Assembly: GCA_020891255.1 (NCBI GenBank)
Contig: BQFW01000003.1
Coordinates: 310,001-374,000 of the forward strand
DNA from: Entomortierella parvispora E1425
Lineage: Eukaryota > Fungi > Mortierellomycota
Length of the DNA stretch: 64,000 nt
Direction of reading: 5' to 3'
In this document: piece after piece, positions 61,727-64,000 of the stretch
Position numbering within the stretch: the first letter of the stretch is position 1
Layout: the number at the start of each line of letters is the position of its first letter
Notes under the pieces: generated by a model
What the model saw: the letters and a program-made list of their open reading frames with translations, nothing else
Told to the model about the DNA's origin: nothing
The model's database searches: none
Position numbers and translations under genes: made by a program

Positions 61727-62731
61727 ATGGCAAAGACAACAAAACACCTCTTGGTAAGAACACACTGGGCCAACTTTCCACCCTTTTCCCCCTTTTTTTA
61801 CCACTTTGCCACAATGAGTTTGATACACACAGCCGCAAACATCCCCTTTTGATTTCCCCTTGTGTTCTAACGTTCAAACCCTTGAAAAAAAATATAGATC
61901 GTTGGGCTTGGAAACTACACCCACCCCAACACACGCCACAGTGTGGGCATGATGATTGTCGATGCGTTGGCCCAACGGTTCAATGCTCCCTGGGTCAAGC
62001 GTGGCGCCTGGCAATCAGAGATCGCCACCATCAATACCACGCTGAGGATTCCAAAGCAAAAGCCTCCAAAGGCTATTCCATACCCCAGTGCTGCTCGTCG
62101 TGCTGTTCAGATGATCGCGGACGCCGATGCTGCTTCCACTACCGCTACCGCCACCAACCCGTCACCCTCGTCCACAGCAGAGTCAACATCTACAACGGAA
62201 CCAACCTCCACGACTGATGCGCCCTCCCCTGTATCTCCAGAATCGACAACGATAGCAAAGCCTAAAACCAAGAAGTCTCCCGAGATGATATCGATGGATG
62301 TGACGCTCACGCTGCTGAAACCCACACTTCTCATGAACGTGAGTGGGATCTCTGTGCAGATGGCGGTCAAAGGATTGGGGATCCCCCACAGTGACTTGAT
62401 TGTGATCCATGACGACATGGAGCGCGAACTGGGCAAGGTCTCGTACAAGACACATGGATCGCACAATGGTCATAATGGCATCAAGTCAGTTATCAAGTCC
62501 TTGTCCTCACAATATTTCAAGCGGTTGAGGATAGGTATCGGCAGACCCACCGCGCCAAGTGGCAACAGGGATCAGGATGTCGTCTCCAAGTTTGTGCTGG
62601 GCAAGTTCAAGCCATTGGAGATGAAAACTCTGGAAGAACAGGTCTATGATCTGGCCCGGGATGAAGTCCTGAGGATGGTGGTCCCCTCAAAGTCACTCAA
62701 TGAAGTGCGTGGAACCACCTGGTCTACCTAA
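61727..62731 (+). CDS. PTH1: Peptidyl-tRNA hydrolase (Pth1 family)
   Basis: LL|IVGLGN...TRHSVG; LLKPTLLMNVSG; VIHDDME; GHNGIKSV; RLRIGIGRP; VLGKF. Confidence 0.92.
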
Positions 62732-62877
62732 AAGACCATTATTGTATTTTTATAATAAAAAAAAAATAATATAAAACTCTGCTTTTTGTGTCTTTTGTGT
62801 CCACTTGGGCGCCCAGGAACGTTTTGCTCTTGGACCGGATGGATGCGCGCTGTCAAGTGTCAGCCCCTTCCGTTTTT

Positions 62878-64000
62878 TTATTCTTCTGTGGTCAAGAAGG
62901 AATGACGGAATTTTTGCCATCTGAAATTTTGACGCAGCTTTTCCCAGGCCTCGAAGGCCTCTGGTTTGTAGTTTTCGCCCGCCCAATGCACCGCAAAGTC
63001 GCCAATGTGATATTTCTGGTCGGGTTCCTCCGCCACCAGCCAGTAGCTGTTGAAGCTGCACTGAGGGATATACTTGACGTTGTCTTCGGCTCTTGAGCTG
63101 TCCCAGGTGACGCGAGACGTTTTCTCCTCCCGTCCTCCCTCTGGGGTAATGATGGTGGCAGTTTCAAGAACCATTTTGCTCTGTAGCATCACGTTCATCC
63201 AATCCTGTTCATGGAGACCAGGCCCCATCTTTTGAAGAAGGCTGTTCATGAACTGACGGGACCATTCATCAATCTTCAAGAAAAACACGCCCGCATTCAA
63301 TCCATTGACGTCCTTGGTAATGATCAACGAGTATCGATTGTCAAGAAACTGTTCGAGGCGAACGCCCATCTCCATCAAAATCGCATCCGTGTCGATCCAA
63401 AAGATCCAGTCGTGTCTCTCTTGCTTGACGTACTCTTCCTTTTCGCCTTTGCCCGCTTTCGATGGATCGAGTTGTCGATCCAGCTCATCCTTGAGAATTT
63501 TGATCTTTGCCCAAGCAGGTGTCACGTTTCCGTAGGGATGCGCGGCCGCGATTTCTTCAAAGTAATGTGTAAAGTTGTCCCTGAGATCGTAGCGACCCCG
63601 ATGGTAGGTCACATAGTCACGTCGGTTCTGGTAGGATGTTTCGCCAAGGACCCGGCACTTTGATTTGGGATCCGAGTTGGTACAACGTTCACCTGAAAGG
63701 ATCACGATCTTGGGCGGGAGGAAGTCTCTTGCAGAAAAAGGGCTCTCGCGCTCATGCTTGTGTTCGTTCGGAGTAGAAACGGAAGGGGGTTGTGGTCCGT
63801 TTTGGCCGGATGTGTTATCTTCACCTGTTGTGTCCGATGGTCGTTTGGAGGGAGTCGACAGGCCGGAAATTCTCATCCCAGTTTGATACCTTGGATCGAC
63901 ATAGGGTATACAGGTCCGAGTAGAGTGGAGGAAGATCCTTGGACTGAGCAACGTTGCAGTAGTTAGAAGGGCAATGATAACGGCGGCAGCTACGAAGAGG
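62878..64000 (-). CDS. GT34 (GMA12/MNN10) galactosyl/mannosyl transferase, 5' end outside the window
   Basis: Frame open to the window edge, with a transmembrane segment LFVAAAVIIALLTT; WAKIKIL; WIFWIDTDAILM (DxD); KDVNGLNAGVFF; EQD; FNSY; GDFAVHWAG. Confidence 0.88.
   Translation of the reverse strand, partial: LFVAAAVIIALLTTATLLSPRIFLHSTRTCIPYVDPRYQTGMRISGLSTPSKRPSDTTGEDNTSGQNGPQPPSVSTPNEHKHERESPFSARDFLPPKIVILSGERCTNSDPKSKCRVLGETSYQNRRDYVTYHRGRYDLRDNFTHYFEEIAAAHPYGNVTPAWAKIKILKDELDRQLDPSKAGKGEKEEYVKQERHDWIFWIDTDAILMEMGVRLEQFLDNRYSLIITKDVNGLNAGVFFLKIDEWSRQFMNSLLQKMGPGLHEQDWMNVMLQSKMVLETATIITPEGGREEKTSRVTWDSSRAEDNVKYIPQCSFNSYWLVAEEPDQKYHIGDFAVHWAGENYKPEAFEAWEKLRQNFRWQKFRHSFLTTEE

Noticed and set aside
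1-64000. CRISPR arrays, rRNA genes, U12-type (AT-AC/GTATCC) introns and LTR/RT/integrase elements
   Set aside because: None seen. The splice donors examined are GT-type U2-like. Homopolymer A/T runs are ordinary simple repeats.

Overview
Gene-dense, intron-rich eukaryotic DNA. Gene content and intron style (mostly 70-370 nt GT-AG introns with CTAAC/CTGAC-type branch sites) suggest an early-diverging fungus, most like Mortierellaceae/Mucoromycota; this is inferred by eye, not from a database search. About 28 protein-coding genes are present, mostly housekeeping (BRAP2, BUD31, CCT2, CCT3, VAMP7, ADCK1, PheA-type CM-PDT, OPI3, CDK1, EIF1AD, VMA9, BUD32, ABHD13, PRS1, eEF1B-gamma, PTH1 and others). 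There is also a divergent tRNA-Leu(CAA)/tRNA-Ser(AGA) pair and an snR38-like C/D snoRNA in an eEF1B-gamma intron. The stand-out is a six-exon gene at 19706-24627 (+). Spliced by hand it gives one 1496-aa protein that fuses an N-terminal XPG/FEN1-family 5' nuclease (acidic catalytic motifs intact) to a C-terminal Fanzor/TnpB-type RuvC plus zinc-finger module (DPG...E...D intact). Hairpins at its 3' end could be an omegaRNA. All exon structures were deduced manually; no HMM, BLAST or RNA-folding program was run.
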